This document shows, in pieces, positions 17,019 to 27,270 of a stretch of DNA of 64,000 bases (position 1 is its first letter; the number at the start of each line of letters is the position of its first letter). Source of the stretch: an uncultured Bacilli bacterium (GTDB taxonomy: Bacteria; Bacillota_I; Bacilli_A; RF39; UBA660); assembly GCA_934149515.1 (NCBI GenBank), contig CAKPFD010000005.1:696-64695 (forward strand), read 5' to 3'. A program made the translations under genes and the position numbers. The notes below the pieces were generated by a model, which was not told the origin of the DNA, did no database searches, and saw only the letters and a program-made list of their open reading frames with translations.

Positions 17019-18641
17019 ATGCAAAAAACATACATATTTGGACATCGTAAACCTGATACAGATTCAGTAGCAAGTGCGATTAGTTTATCATATTTAAAAA
17101 AACAATTAGGAGAAAATACCGAAGCAAGAATATTAGGAGCTATCAATAAAGAAACAAAATATGCTCTACAATATTTTAACGTAAAAGAACCAAAATATCT
17201 AAACGATGTAAAATTACAATTAAAAGATACAGAATATCATCGTCATTATTTCTTAAAAAGAACAAGTTCTATTTATGACAGCTATTTATATATGTTAAAT
17301 CAAGGATTAACAGGAGTTCCAATCGTCAAAGAAAATGATATTTTTGAAGGAATTGTTACTATCAAAGATTTAGCACATCATTTCATTAGTGATGATATTC
17401 AAACCCTAGAAACATCCATGGCTAACTTACTAGCTGTTTTAAAAGCAGAAGTTATTAATCAAAGTGATGAAGAAATAAAAGGGGAATTATTGACAGCTTC
17501 TTATCGTAGCACAACATTTATCAATAACGTTGAGCTAAAAAAAGATCAAATCATCATTTTAGGAGATCGTCATAGCTTGATAGAGTATGCCATTCAATCT
17601 GGTGTTAAAATGTTGATCATCTCTGGTAACGGCGAAGTAAAAGAAGAACACATTGCACTTGCGAAAGAGAAGAAAGTAAATATTATTCGAAGCAAATATG
17701 ACACCTATCATATTGTTCGTTTAGTAAGTTTAGCAAACTATATTGGTACTATGACTAGAACGACAAAAGATGCAGTTGTCTTTGATGAAAATGCTTATGT
17801 AGATGATATCCTTGAAATCAATAAAAAACTACGTCATACCAACTATCCAGTGGTCAACGCCAAAACGGGAAAATGTCTAGGACTTCTAAGAATCACTGAT
17901 TTAGAAGCAACCAATCCTAAAAAAGTAATTTTAGTTGATCATAACGAAAAAGTACAAAGTGCCGAAGGCTTAGATGAAGCAGAAATTCAAGAAATTTTTG
18001 ATCACCACAATCTAGGTAGCATTACTACAACAGCACCAATCAACTTTAGAAACATGGCAGTAGGTTCTACTTGTACCATTGTATATACACTATTTAAAGA
18101 AAGAAAAGTAGAAATACCAAAAGAAATTGCTGGTATGATGTTATCTGGAATCTTATCAGATACATTAGTATTAAAATCACCAACTGCTACAAAATTAGAT
18201 GTCGAAGCTGTCTATGAATTATCAGCGACTGCCGATGTAGACTACAAATCATATGGACTAGAAATGTTAAAAGCTGGAACTTCTTTAGAAGGTATGAGTA
18301 AAGAAGCTGTACTATATAATGACTTTAAATTATATACAGTAGAAGATAAAACCTTAGGAGTAGGGCAATTCTTTACGACTAACTTTGATGAAATAAAAGC
18401 ATCACTAAAAGAATATGTTCAAACCTTAGATGAAGTAGCAGAAGCCAATAATTACACCGTTGTATCACTATATATTACTGATATCATTACAAACGGTTCT
18501 TATGTTTTATATAATACTAAAGCTCAAGAAATATTCAACTTAGCATATCATGATAACTTCCAAGAAGGAGAATATCTTGAAAATTGTGTTTCAAGAAAAA
18601 AACATGTTATTCCAGTATTAATGGAAGTATTAGAAAAGTAA
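17019..18641 (+). CDS. ppaC: Family II (DHH) inorganic pyrophosphatase with inserted CBS domains
   Basis: GHRKPDTDSVASA, VDHNE, DHHNLG and a DHHA2-like C-terminal region. An insert of about 250 aa sits between the DHH motifs. Confidence 0.8.
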   Translation: MQKTYIFGHRKPDTDSVASAISLSYLKKQLGENTEARILGAINKETKYALQYFNVKEPKYLNDVKLQLKDTEYHRHYFLKRTSSIYDSYLYMLNQGLTGVPIVKENDIFEGIVTIKDLAHHFISDDIQTLETSMANLLAVLKAEVINQSDEEIKGELLTASYRSTTFINNVELKKDQIIILGDRHSLIEYAIQSGVKMLIISGNGEVKEEHIALAKEKKVNIIRSKYDTYHIVRLVSLANYIGTMTRTTKDAVVFDENAYVDDILEINKKLRHTNYPVVNAKTGKCLGLLRITDLEATNPKKVILVDHNEKVQSAEGLDEAEIQEIFDHHNLGSITTTAPINFRNMAVGSTCTIVYTLFKERKVEIPKEIAGMMLSGILSDTLVLKSPTATKLDVEAVYELSATADVDYKSYGLEMLKAGTSLEGMSKEAVLYNDFKLYTVEDKTLGVGQFFTTNFDEIKASLKEYVQTLDEVAEANNYTVVSLYITDIITNGSYVLYNTKAQEIFNLAYHDNFQEGEYLENCVSRKKHVIPVLMEVLEK

Positions 18642-18757
18642 AAGAAAAAAGGAAAGTAAAACAAGAAAACTTGACACTTACTTTCCTATTATTTTGATCG
18701 GAAGTTTTCATTTGGAAAAAATTCTGTTATAATGAAAAAAGAAAAGAGGATAAAATT

Positions 18758-19573
18758 ATGAATCATATTGTATCTGCTATTATTCTTGGAATCATTCAAG
18801 GAATAGCTGAATTTTTACCAATCTCATCAAGTGCTCATTTAATTATCTTTAGAGATATTTTTAAAATCGGTGCTACCATGAGTACCAAAGCAGCACTTTG
18901 CTTTGATTTGAGTCTACATCTTGGAACTTTACTTGCCATCGCTATCTTTTTCTTCTCTGATTTTTGGAAAATGGTAACACAAGGGTTAAGTAAAGGAACC
19001 AAAACAAAAGATGGAAAACTATTCTGGCAGATCGTTTTAGCGACGATACCAGCAGCATTAGCAGGTGTTCTTTTTGAAAAACCAATCGAAAATTTTATTC
19101 GAACTAACTATATTTTAATTGCTTTTGCCTTATTGATTATGGGTATCATCATCTATGCAGTAGATAAAGTAAGTAAGCAAACCAAAAAAATTGAAGATAT
19201 TACTTTTAAGGATGCACTCCTTATTGGTTGTTCTCAAGTATTTGCTTTAATTCCTGGATTTAGCCGTAGTGGTACCACAATTGCAGCTGCAAGAGCTTTA
19301 CAAGTAGATAGAGAATCATCTGCTAAATTTTCCTTTTATTTATCAGCACCAGTTGTTCTTGGAGCCTCTATGCTACAATTATTAAAAAAAGAAACATTCC
19401 AAATTATTGCTGGCAATCTATCCATGTTTTTAATTGGTATTATTGCAGCATTTGTCACCGGAATTATTTGTATTAAATTCTTATTACAATACTTGAAAAA
19501 ACATGACTTTAAAGCCTTTATGATCTATCGAATCATCTTAGCTTTGATCGTTTTGTTGACAATGATTTTCTAA
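18758..19573 (+). CDS. uppP: Undecaprenyl-diphosphate phosphatase
   Basis: GIIQGIAEFLPISSSAHL and PGFSRSGTTI motifs; 8-TM profile. Confidence 0.9.
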   Translation: MNHIVSAIILGIIQGIAEFLPISSSAHLIIFRDIFKIGATMSTKAALCFDLSLHLGTLLAIAIFFFSDFWKMVTQGLSKGTKTKDGKLFWQIVLATIPAALAGVLFEKPIENFIRTNYILIAFALLIMGIIIYAVDKVSKQTKKIEDITFKDALLIGCSQVFALIPGFSRSGTTIAAARALQVDRESSAKFSFYLSAPVVLGASMLQLLKKETFQIIAGNLSMFLIGIIAAFVTGIICIKFLLQYLKKHDFKAFMIYRIILALIVLLTMIF

Positions 19574-19584
19574 GGAGGAACAAT

Positions 19585-20343
19585 ATGAGCACAACGCTAG
19601 CCTTATTTATTACATTTTTATTAGGTTTATTCATTGTACTAGGAGCCTTGTTAGCTTTCTTTTTTCATAAAAAACAAGCAGTTTTAGATTTTCTATTTGC
19701 CCTAGCATTATCTTTAATTGCCATGTTGATCGTAACAGATCTCTTACCAGAAATTATGGAAGTATTAGGGCTTACTTATTTATGGTTATTTCTAATATGT
19801 GTTGCTATTGGTTTCTTTTTATTTAAAATATTAGATGAATTTATTCCAGAACATCATCACGAAGATGAAAAACTAACCAAAAAACAAAACCAAAAAAATA
19901 TGACCCATATTGGAGTTTTAACAACCATTGCTTTAATCATCCATAATATCATAGAAGGATTAGCGATTTTCATTACTGCTAGCAATGATTTATCCTTAGG
20001 TATTATGATGAGTTTAGGAGTTGGCTTACATAATATTCCCCTAGGAATGATCATCAGTACTACCTTTTATCAAAGTGAAGAAAAGAAAAACAAATTAGCC
20101 TTATATTTGACCCTTCTTTGCTTATCAACCTTTTTCGGTGGAAGTATTGGTTATCTTTGTCATTTAAAAGATATACCAAACTTAGCAATGGGAAGCTTAT
20201 TATCTATTACTCTTGGTATGCTAAGTTATATTGCCTTTATGGAATTATGGCCTAGAATCAAAGAAACTAAAAATCAAAAAATGACGATTGCTGGGTTGAT
20301 AACTGGTCTAGTATTGTTAATTGCCACATTATTTTTAAAATAG
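19585..20343 (+). CDS. ZIP family metal (zinc) transporter
   Basis: HNIIEGLAI and GLHNIPLG motifs, with a His-rich loop EHHHEDE. Confidence 0.8.
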   Translation: MSTTLALFITFLLGLFIVLGALLAFFFHKKQAVLDFLFALALSLIAMLIVTDLLPEIMEVLGLTYLWLFLICVAIGFFLFKILDEFIPEHHHEDEKLTKKQNQKNMTHIGVLTTIALIIHNIIEGLAIFITASNDLSLGIMMSLGVGLHNIPLGMIISTTFYQSEEKKNKLALYLTLLCLSTFFGGSIGYLCHLKDIPNLAMGSLLSITLGMLSYIAFMELWPRIKETKNQKMTIAGLITGLVLLIATLFLK

Positions 20344-20352
20344 GAGTTTATT

Positions 20353-21060
20353 ATGCTATATCAATTATGTTATTTGTTTTTAATGTTTTTTCTATATTCT
20401 GTTATTGGCTACTTAATAGAAATTATCAATTGCTCCATTCATTCTAAGGAGATTGTTGTAAACCGTGGTTTTTGTCTTGGCCCTTACTTACCAATTTATG
20501 GTGTAAGTTCTATTATCATGAGTTTATATCTTATCCGCTATCAAAAAGATCCAATCGCCTTATTTGTGATGTCAGCTTTAGTTTGTACTATCATTGAATA
20601 CTTTACCAGTTACATTTTAGAAAAAATATTTAAAGCAAGATGGTGGGATTATAGTGAAAAAAAATTTAACATTGAAGGAAGAGTATGTTTATTAAATGCC
20701 ACGTTGTTTGGAGTAGGAGGATTAGCTTGTGTCTATCTTATCAATCCTTTTTTAACAAGCATTTTAAATCTTTTACCAGATAAAGCCTTAATCATCATAA
20801 GTATTATTCTTTTTGTGGTTTTTGCAAGTGATGTTATTGTTACCTTTATCACATTATATCAAGTCAAAGTAGCTAGCTTAAAATTTAAAAACAAAGATGC
20901 TACAAGTGAAATTAGCAAAGTAAGACAAGAAAACATCAAAAATTCCACCTTGATTCGTCATATGTTAAATGCTTTCCCTAGAATTGATATTCAAAAGCAC
21001 AAAGATCCATTAGCTAAAGTAAAAGCTTATTTAGATCATCAAAAAAAGAAAACAAAGTAA
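20353..21060 (+). CDS. CmpB-like membrane protein (putative ABC-transporter type IV family)
   Basis: FLYSVIGYLIEI...NRGFCLGPYLPIYG...WWDYS motifs. It is a paralog of the C-terminal half of 15414-16970. Confidence 0.6.
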   Translation: MLYQLCYLFLMFFLYSVIGYLIEIINCSIHSKEIVVNRGFCLGPYLPIYGVSSIIMSLYLIRYQKDPIALFVMSALVCTIIEYFTSYILEKIFKARWWDYSEKKFNIEGRVCLLNATLFGVGGLACVYLINPFLTSILNLLPDKALIIISIILFVVFASDVIVTFITLYQVKVASLKFKNKDATSEISKVRQENIKNSTLIRHMLNAFPRIDIQKHKDPLAKVKAYLDHQKKKTK

Positions 21061-21103
21061 AAGCGATACTTTCGATCGCTTTATTTTATTATGCTATTTT
21101 TTT

Positions 21104-21745
21104 TTAACATATGTTTTCACTTTTTCTTCTTGATGATATGCTGCTTCCATTTTGCTTTTTACTAAGAAAGTAGCCTTTTTGGGTTATTTGTGAAATTTTT
21201 GGTTGGGCATAATGATATTTTTGGACAATTTCTCGTTGTTTATATCGTTTACCTTGATAAAATCCATAATACATTTTCAACATATCTTTTTCTACATCTG
21301 GTAATTCTTCTAATGTCTTTCTAGCAACTTGATATTCTTCTTGATCTAGATAATCATATTCAATATCAACACTATAAAAGTTAGAAATGGTGTTGAAATC
21401 AACATACAATGATCTACTTGCTTTTGTATAGCTTCTAAATATTTTGTCATCTCATTTTTGATATGACTATAAACATAAGTCCCAAAAGGTGTTTTCATAG
21501 AAATATCATAACAATTAACACCATTAATTAATCCCATAAAGCCAGAAAAATAAGAACAGTTTGATCAATTACCTCAATATCATTTAAAGCTTCTGCTATT
21601 TTTAAAACCAAAGGAATCTTAGATTCAATAATCAAATTTCTAGTTTGAATATCACCTTGGTAAGATTTTTCTAAATCCTCCTTTACTTCTCTAGGATTTA
21701 AAGTATTTTCAAGTTCACGAAGAAATTCAGCTATATTATCTATTT
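21104..21745 (-). pseudogene. Sigma-70 family sigma factor, disrupted by at least two frameshifts and lacking a clear start
   Basis: Three consecutive minus-strand frames read: ...DIQTRNLIIESKIPLVLKIAEALNDIEVIDQTVLIF (region 2.1); GLINGVNCYDISMKTPFGTYVYSHIKNEM (region 2.2-2.4); and ELPDVEKDMLKMYYGF..GKRYKQREIVQKYHYAQPKISQI (region 4 HTH). The first shift lies at an A5/T5 run near 21546. Confidence 0.65.
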
Positions 21746-21824
21746 ATATAACTTATATAACATACCATTTTATAGAAATCAAGTTCAAAAAAAAGCAGCT
21801 TTTTAAAAAACCACTTCTTTAATC

Positions 21825-23126
21825 TTATATAATTTGTAAATCATCTAATAGGGGAGGATCGGATAAAACTGGTATAGGAGCTGTTTTTTCTTCATCCTTC
21901 TTTTTATAACCTTCTACTTCTAATTGAATTGCTAAATCATCATCAATATCAATAATTCGATAAATTTCATCAAAAGAAGTAATTCCATCAATAACTTTAT
22001 ATAATCCATCTTGTAACATTGTAATAACATCAGATGTGTATACCATTTTTCTTAAATCATCTTTTTCTAAGTGCTCTTGATTTAAAGCATTACGAATTTC
22101 ATCGTTAATCATCAATACTTCCTGAATAGCAACTCGATCACGATAACCATTATTACAAAATTCACAGCCATCAGGATTTGCTACATAAGTTTGTTCTACA
22201 TTTTTTCCAATTGCTTCCTTAAAAACTTTCTTCTGATAAGGTGTCGTAGCTGCTAACTTTTTACAATGAGGACATAACATTTTCGCAAGTCGTTGAGAAA
22301 TAATACCTGTTAAAGCGCTAGATAATAAATATCTTTCTACATTCATATCAAGTAATCTCTCAATCGTTGCTAAAGAGTTGTTAGTGTGGACAGTAGATAA
22401 TACTAAATGTCCAGTAATAGAAGCACGAACTGCAATTTTAGCTGTTTCACTATCACGAATTTCACCAATTAAAATAATATTAGGATCCTGTCGTAAAATA
22501 GAACGTAAAACAGTAGCAAAATCAAGACCTATCTCACTATTAACTTGTACTTGATTCAATCCTTCAATGTTCATTTCAATCGGATCTTCTACTGTAATAA
22601 TATTTGTTTCCTTTTTATTTAGCACCTGTAAAATAGAATAAACAGTCGTTGATTTACCACTACCAGTAGCACCAGTAACTAAAATAATACCATTTGGTTC
22701 CATGATCATTTTTTGTAATTTTTCAAAATTAGATTCATTAAAACCAAGAGATTCAATTCCTTCCAAACTACGAGAATAATCAAGAATACGAATAACACAT
22801 TTTTCACCCTCATTTGTTGGAAGGGTAGAAACACGGGTTTCTACTTCAACGCCTTTAATTTTACCCTTGATAGAACCATCTTGTGGTAAACGACTTTCTG
22901 TAATATTCATATTAGCTAATAACTTAATACGAGTAATCAAGTTTCTCTCATACATTTTCGGAATTGTTGTATAATCTTTTAAATCACCATCAATTCGTAA
23001 GCGAATTAATAAAAAATCATCTCTTGGATCGAAATGAATATCACTAGCGCCTTGCTTAGCAGCATTAGAAATAATATCATCCGCAACATCAATCACCGGC
23101 ATTTTACTCATATCATAAGTAACCAT
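21825..23126 (-). CDS. Type IV pilus / type II secretion assembly ATPase (PilB/GspE/ComGA family)
   Basis: Walker A VTGATGSGKSTT, Asp and His boxes, and a tetracysteine CPHC...CEFC motif. Confidence 0.85.
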   Translation of the reverse strand: MVTYDMSKMPVIDVADDIISNAAKQGASDIHFDPRDDFLLIRLRIDGDLKDYTTIPKMYERNLITRIKLLANMNITESRLPQDGSIKGKIKGVEVETRVSTLPTNEGEKCVIRILDYSRSLEGIESLGFNESNFEKLQKMIMEPNGIILVTGATGSGKSTTVYSILQVLNKKETNIITVEDPIEMNIEGLNQVQVNSEIGLDFATVLRSILRQDPNIILIGEIRDSETAKIAVRASITGHLVLSTVHTNNSLATIERLLDMNVERYLLSSALTGIISQRLAKMLCPHCKKLAATTPYQKKVFKEAIGKNVEQTYVANPDGCEFCNNGYRDRVAIQEVLMINDEIRNALNQEHLEKDDLRKMVYTSDVITMLQDGLYKVIDGITSFDEIYRIIDIDDDLAIQLEVEGYKKKDEEKTAPIPVLSDPPLLDDLQII

Positions 23127-23214
23127 CTCATCAACCCCTTTTTTCTTTGACTATGGTATTTTACTATAATTTATTATATAATAATTATAGAATAGTTGCA
23201 AGGGGTGAACCAAG

Positions 23215-24741
23215 ATGAAAAGAAAGAAAAAATTAGACAATTCTGGTTATTTATTAATAGAAACTTTAATTGTCAGTGTTTTTATTATGAGTGTTTTTAC
23301 ACTATTGTACACTAACTTGTTGCCATTGATGGGAGAGTATGATAGAACCAAAGATTATAACACACTAGAAGCAACTTATGTTGCCCACTGGGTCAGAAAA
23401 ACAGCACTATTAGGACTATCGGATGCTGCCTTTTATCAAGCTAGTATCAACGGTTATAGTGATATTTCTGATTGCAGTCAATATAGTAAAAATAATAGTG
23501 CTACCTGGTGTGAAAATCTAAAAGATACCATTCACTTAAAACAAATGTATCTAACACCTTATAGCTTAGATCAAATGAAAACTTATGTTCATCAAAACAA
23601 ACAATTTGATAGAGGATGGAAAGAATATATCAGCAATTTACCAACGTATAATAAAAACACCAACAAAACACCAACCCAAGGTTATTATCGAATATTAATT
23701 TCTTATGAAGAAGCTAATAGAACCAAATATGCAACAGTAGAAGTTCATAAAAAAGAAACAACCAAACAGCAATATCAAATTCAAGTAGAAAATCAAACCG
23801 GAGGAACCCTTACAGTCAGTAAACAACAAGCAATCGCTGGTGATACGATTACAATTCAAACAGCAGCTATTGCTAATTACAAATTCCAAGGTGCTACAAT
23901 TTATGATGAGACTGGTACCATTTTATCAACTTTATCTAGTACTTCAACTGAATTTATCATGCCTAGTGCTTCTATTAAAATCGTTCCCATCTGGGCCCAA
24001 GATGTAATTTATTACAAAGCAGGGTTAGAAACTGTAACTGGTGGAACCATAAAACTTACAAATATCCAAAGTGAAGCTGGAAAAACCGTTTCATTTACAG
24101 TAATCCCTAATTCAGGTTTCACTTACCTAGGAGCTTACGTTTTGGATGCCAGCAACCCAGATGGCAAACCATTAATGAGTTTAGGTCAAGGACAAAAAAG
24201 CTTTACCATGCCAGCCAAAGATATTATTATCTCTTCTAAATGGAAATATCAAAACACTTCGATTTTATACTTAGATAATGCCTCAATTGCAACATGGACT
24301 GTTACAAAACAAGATGGTGCAACCATTAATTATCAATATTTTTCTAACCGAAAATACATAGATTTTACAAGTAACACGACAGCCAATGGCAGAATCGCTA
24401 TTTATACAGATCAAAGCTTTGATTTAACTTATTATGATCAAGTACAATGTAATACTTATGCTTATGACAATAGTAAAAACATTACGGTATCTTGTGGTAT
24501 TTCCCAAAATAAAAATCAATTTGTATCAAGTCTTGGCGCAAATCAAGCAACCGCTTCTGTCGGCTCCACACCATATCTTGTCAATCTATATCCAAATGTC
24601 ACAGGTAAATATTATATTGGGTTTGAACTTTTATCAAATTCTCAAACAACCCATTGCATTTTACAAGGCGTTAGTATTTATGGTAGAGAATATGGTAGAA
24701 GTTATGATCAAAATGGAAATTTAATAGAGAAGGTGATGTAA
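23215..24741 (+). CDS. Large prepilin-leader protein with repeated Ig-like (Listeria-Bacteroides-type) repeats, 508 aa
   Basis: N-terminus ...KLDNSG|YLLIETLIVSVFIMSVF with Glu at +5. There are two repeats of the G(G)T(L/I)xx(S/T)...AGxT(I/V)...(N/G)(Y/F)...G type. Confidence 0.6.
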   Translation: MKRKKKLDNSGYLLIETLIVSVFIMSVFTLLYTNLLPLMGEYDRTKDYNTLEATYVAHWVRKTALLGLSDAAFYQASINGYSDISDCSQYSKNNSATWCENLKDTIHLKQMYLTPYSLDQMKTYVHQNKQFDRGWKEYISNLPTYNKNTNKTPTQGYYRILISYEEANRTKYATVEVHKKETTKQQYQIQVENQTGGTLTVSKQQAIAGDTITIQTAAIANYKFQGATIYDETGTILSTLSSTSTEFIMPSASIKIVPIWAQDVIYYKAGLETVTGGTIKLTNIQSEAGKTVSFTVIPNSGFTYLGAYVLDASNPDGKPLMSLGQGQKSFTMPAKDIIISSKWKYQNTSILYLDNASIATWTVTKQDGATINYQYFSNRKYIDFTSNTTANGRIAIYTDQSFDLTYYDQVQCNTYAYDNSKNITVSCGISQNKNQFVSSLGANQATASVGSTPYLVNLYPNVTGKYYIGFELLSNSQTTHCILQGVSIYGREYGRSYDQNGNLIEKVM

Positions 24742-25245
24742 ATGAAAAGAAGATTAAAAAACAAAGGAATGACTTCGATTGAGTTGTTAGTAAGTTTTGT
24801 TATTGTTGCCGCTATTGTTGTCAGCCTTTTTAATGTCGTTATGAATTATAAAACCAAAGAGCAAATCCAATCTATTGAAAATTCTGTTGTTGAATACACC
24901 AATAATTTAGAAAAAGTCATTCAAGATGATTTAATCAAAAAAAACGTCACCAGTGTTGTGGTTGCAAACGATCAAAAAAGTGCTAATTTCACCCTTCAAG
25001 ATAATACAGTTACACATTTGGAACTAGATGATGTCAATCAACAAATTCGCTATGGAACCTTAGATAATATTATTACTTACCAACTACCAGCTATTACTGA
25101 ATTAACACTTTCCTCAAAATCAACCATCGAATTACATGAAAATGGAGTATCTGTTGTCAAAATCATCATCATCCTAACACATCCCAATTTAAAAAATGAA
25201 TCTTATCAAACAACCATTATCGCACCAATAAATTTTAATGCCTGA
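24742..25245 (+). CDS. Pseudopilin-like protein (prepilin-type N-terminus)
   Basis: MKRRLKNKG|MTSIELLVSFVIVAAIVVSLF with Glu at +5. The ATG abuts the stop of the upstream gene. Confidence 0.65.
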   Translation: MKRRLKNKGMTSIELLVSFVIVAAIVVSLFNVVMNYKTKEQIQSIENSVVEYTNNLEKVIQDDLIKKNVTSVVVANDQKSANFTLQDNTVTHLELDDVNQQIRYGTLDNIITYQLPAITELTLSSKSTIELHENGVSVVKIIIILTHPNLKNESYQTTIIAPINFNA

Positions 25246-26165
25246 GACAGGATAAGAAATAAAACACAAGCAACTCCCGTTTGTAAAATACGCCCTTTTA
25301 AGAAAGAAAAATAAGAAATATCTGTTTTTTCTAACGCATAAATCACTTGTAAATGAACAGACATACCACCAAAAGTAATAAAACAAAGCATAATAAGTGC
25401 TATCTTATGACTAGAAAGTGGAAGAAATGTTGCTAAACTAACACCAGAAGTTAAATCGAGCAATCCAGTAATCCACGTTTTTTCAAAATATGAAAATGGA
25501 TAAAGCTTGCAAATAACCTGTGAACAAAACATAAAAAACATAATAGAACCAAGCATAAATAAAATAACACCCATAGCCTGTTCGATAGCATCAACTAAAC
25601 AAGAAAGAAAAGAATCTGTCACTATAGGTTCTTTTGTTGTTACTAGATAATCATTTTTTACATTGTTAGGACGCATCAAAAACCCAATAATAAAATTACT
25701 AAGTAATTGACAGATAAAAATAAGAAAAGCTAAAACCTGATTTTTTAATAATAATCCACAAGTACCTAAAATAAATAAAGGATTAGCAAAATGAGTAAAA
25801 GAAAGCAAAAATGTAGCTTCTTCTTTATTTAGTACTTTATCTTGATAAAAAAGACTAATATATTTCGCTCCAGAAGGAAATCCTGAAATAATACTCATCA
25901 AAATCACAAAGACACCATTGTTAGAAACATGAAACAAAAAAGAAAAAAGTGGTTGAAACAAAGAACACAATTGCTTTCTTAATGGTAGATGAAATAGTAA
26001 AAAAGATAAGACAAAAAAAGGAAATACAGAAGGAAATAAACGTTCTTTAAAAATAGTAATTGCCATGCTACCACTAGTAACAATTGTTTTCGGAAACAAA
26101 AAAATACCAAGATAAAGTGTCAAAAGAATCATGATACTAATTAATTCCTGTGATTTTCTTTTCAT
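25206..26165 (-). CDS. Sporulation integral membrane protein YlbJ-like (nucleoside-recognition/Gate domains)
   Basis: Polytopic, with an LFPSVFPFFVLS motif. It lies next to a ylbL-like gene, as in Bacillus. Confidence 0.55.
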   Translation of the reverse strand: MKRKSQELISIMILLTLYLGIFLFPKTIVTSGSMAITIFKERLFPSVFPFFVLSFLLFHLPLRKQLCSLFQPLFSFLFHVSNNGVFVILMSIISGFPSGAKYISLFYQDKVLNKEEATFLLSFTHFANPLFILGTCGLLLKNQVLAFLIFICQLLSNFIIGFLMRPNNVKNDYLVTTKEPIVTDSFLSCLVDAIEQAMGVILFMLGSIMFFMFCSQVICKLYPFSYFEKTWITGLLDLTSGVSLATFLPLSSHKIALIMLCFITFGGMSVHLQVIYALEKTDISYFSFLKGRILQTGVACVLFLILSQALKFIGAIMVV

Positions 26166-26209
26166 AAAACCTCCCAGTTCTGTTATAATTGTAATAAAAG
26201 GATGATGTT

Positions 26210-27226
26210 ATGTTTACTAAACTATATAAAAATACCAAACAATTTATGAAAGAAAACTATCGATCAGCCATTATTTTATTATGTTGTTATATAATATTTA
26301 CCATTCCTTTACCTTATTATATTTATTCAGGTGGTGGTACCATTAATGCAAGTGATAGAGTAGAAGTGGAAAAGCAAAACAAAACCAAAGGATCGCTTCA
26401 TTTTGCTTATGTCAAAGAGTTAAAAGGAAATGTTGCAAGCTATCTATTAGCAAATCTTCTGGGATGGGAGATCGAAAAAGAAGAAGCCCAGAAATTAAAT
26501 CAAAATGAAAAGACAGAAGATATAGAATTTAGAAATCAGATTTATTTAAAGCAAGCCAATCAAAACGCCATCTTCACTGCTTATCAAAAGGCAGGAAAAA
26601 AAGCCATGATCGAAAATCGCCATTTTTATGTCTTATATATCAATGATCAAGCAACAACCGATTTAAAAGTTGGCGATGAAATTATCAAAGTAGAAGATCT
26701 TACAATGAATGATATTGCTACTTACAAAGATATTGTTGATACGAAAGAAATAAGTGAAAAAATAAACATAACAGTGAAACGAAATGGGATTGAAAAAAAA
26801 GTACAAGCTACTGTCCAAAATATTGAAGGAACAAAATTAACAGGTATTTCCATTGCTAAGATTTATGATTATCAGACAACCCCTAAACTAACCCTTCATT
26901 TTAAAGCAAGTGAAAGTGGACCATCAGGAGGATTAATGTTAGCACTTGCTATTTACAATCAACTCGTAAAAGAAGATATCACGAATGGAAAAAACATTGT
27001 TGGAACAGGAACCATAGAAGAAGATGGAACTGTCGGTGAAATTGGTGGCGTAAAATATAAATTACAAGGCGCCGTAGCTGAAAAAGCCGATTTATTTTTA
27101 GTACCAGCAGGAGATAATTATCAAGAAGCAATCAAGGAAAAGAAAAAACATAATTATAAAATTACCATCAAAGCTGTATCTACATTTGATGAAGCCTTAA
27201 AAATTCTAAAAGAAGAAACGAAATAA
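26210..27226 (+). CDS. PDZ plus Lon-protease-C-terminal (S16) domain protein, YlbL/SepM-like
   Basis: N-terminal TM segment, a PDZ-like segment (GDEIIKVED), then ESGPSGGLMLALAIYN and GTGTIEEDGTVGEIGGVKYK. Confidence 0.8.
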   Translation: MFTKLYKNTKQFMKENYRSAIILLCCYIIFTIPLPYYIYSGGGTINASDRVEVEKQNKTKGSLHFAYVKELKGNVASYLLANLLGWEIEKEEAQKLNQNEKTEDIEFRNQIYLKQANQNAIFTAYQKAGKKAMIENRHFYVLYINDQATTDLKVGDEIIKVEDLTMNDIATYKDIVDTKEISEKINITVKRNGIEKKVQATVQNIEGTKLTGISIAKIYDYQTTPKLTLHFKASESGPSGGLMLALAIYNQLVKEDITNGKNIVGTGTIEEDGTVGEIGGVKYKLQGAVAEKADLFLVPAGDNYQEAIKEKKKHNYKITIKAVSTFDEALKILKEETK

Positions 27227-27270
27227 AATATTCTATCTTCACATAAAATAACTACCAGGAGGTAGTTTTT

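Noticed and set aside
24434-24724. Alternative-frame plus-strand ORFs nested in larger genes (24434-24724, 14785-14970, 40122-40304, 58066-58254, 62979-63164, 7558-7767).
   Set aside because: They lie fully or largely inside longer, motif-supported ORFs in another frame, with no independent signals.
23215-24741. The 508-aa and 631-aa prepilin-leader proteins considered as additional DGR targets.
   Set aside because: They contain no GC-rich patch and no similarity to the template-like repeat or to the ...WTLTP...RPxINL module.
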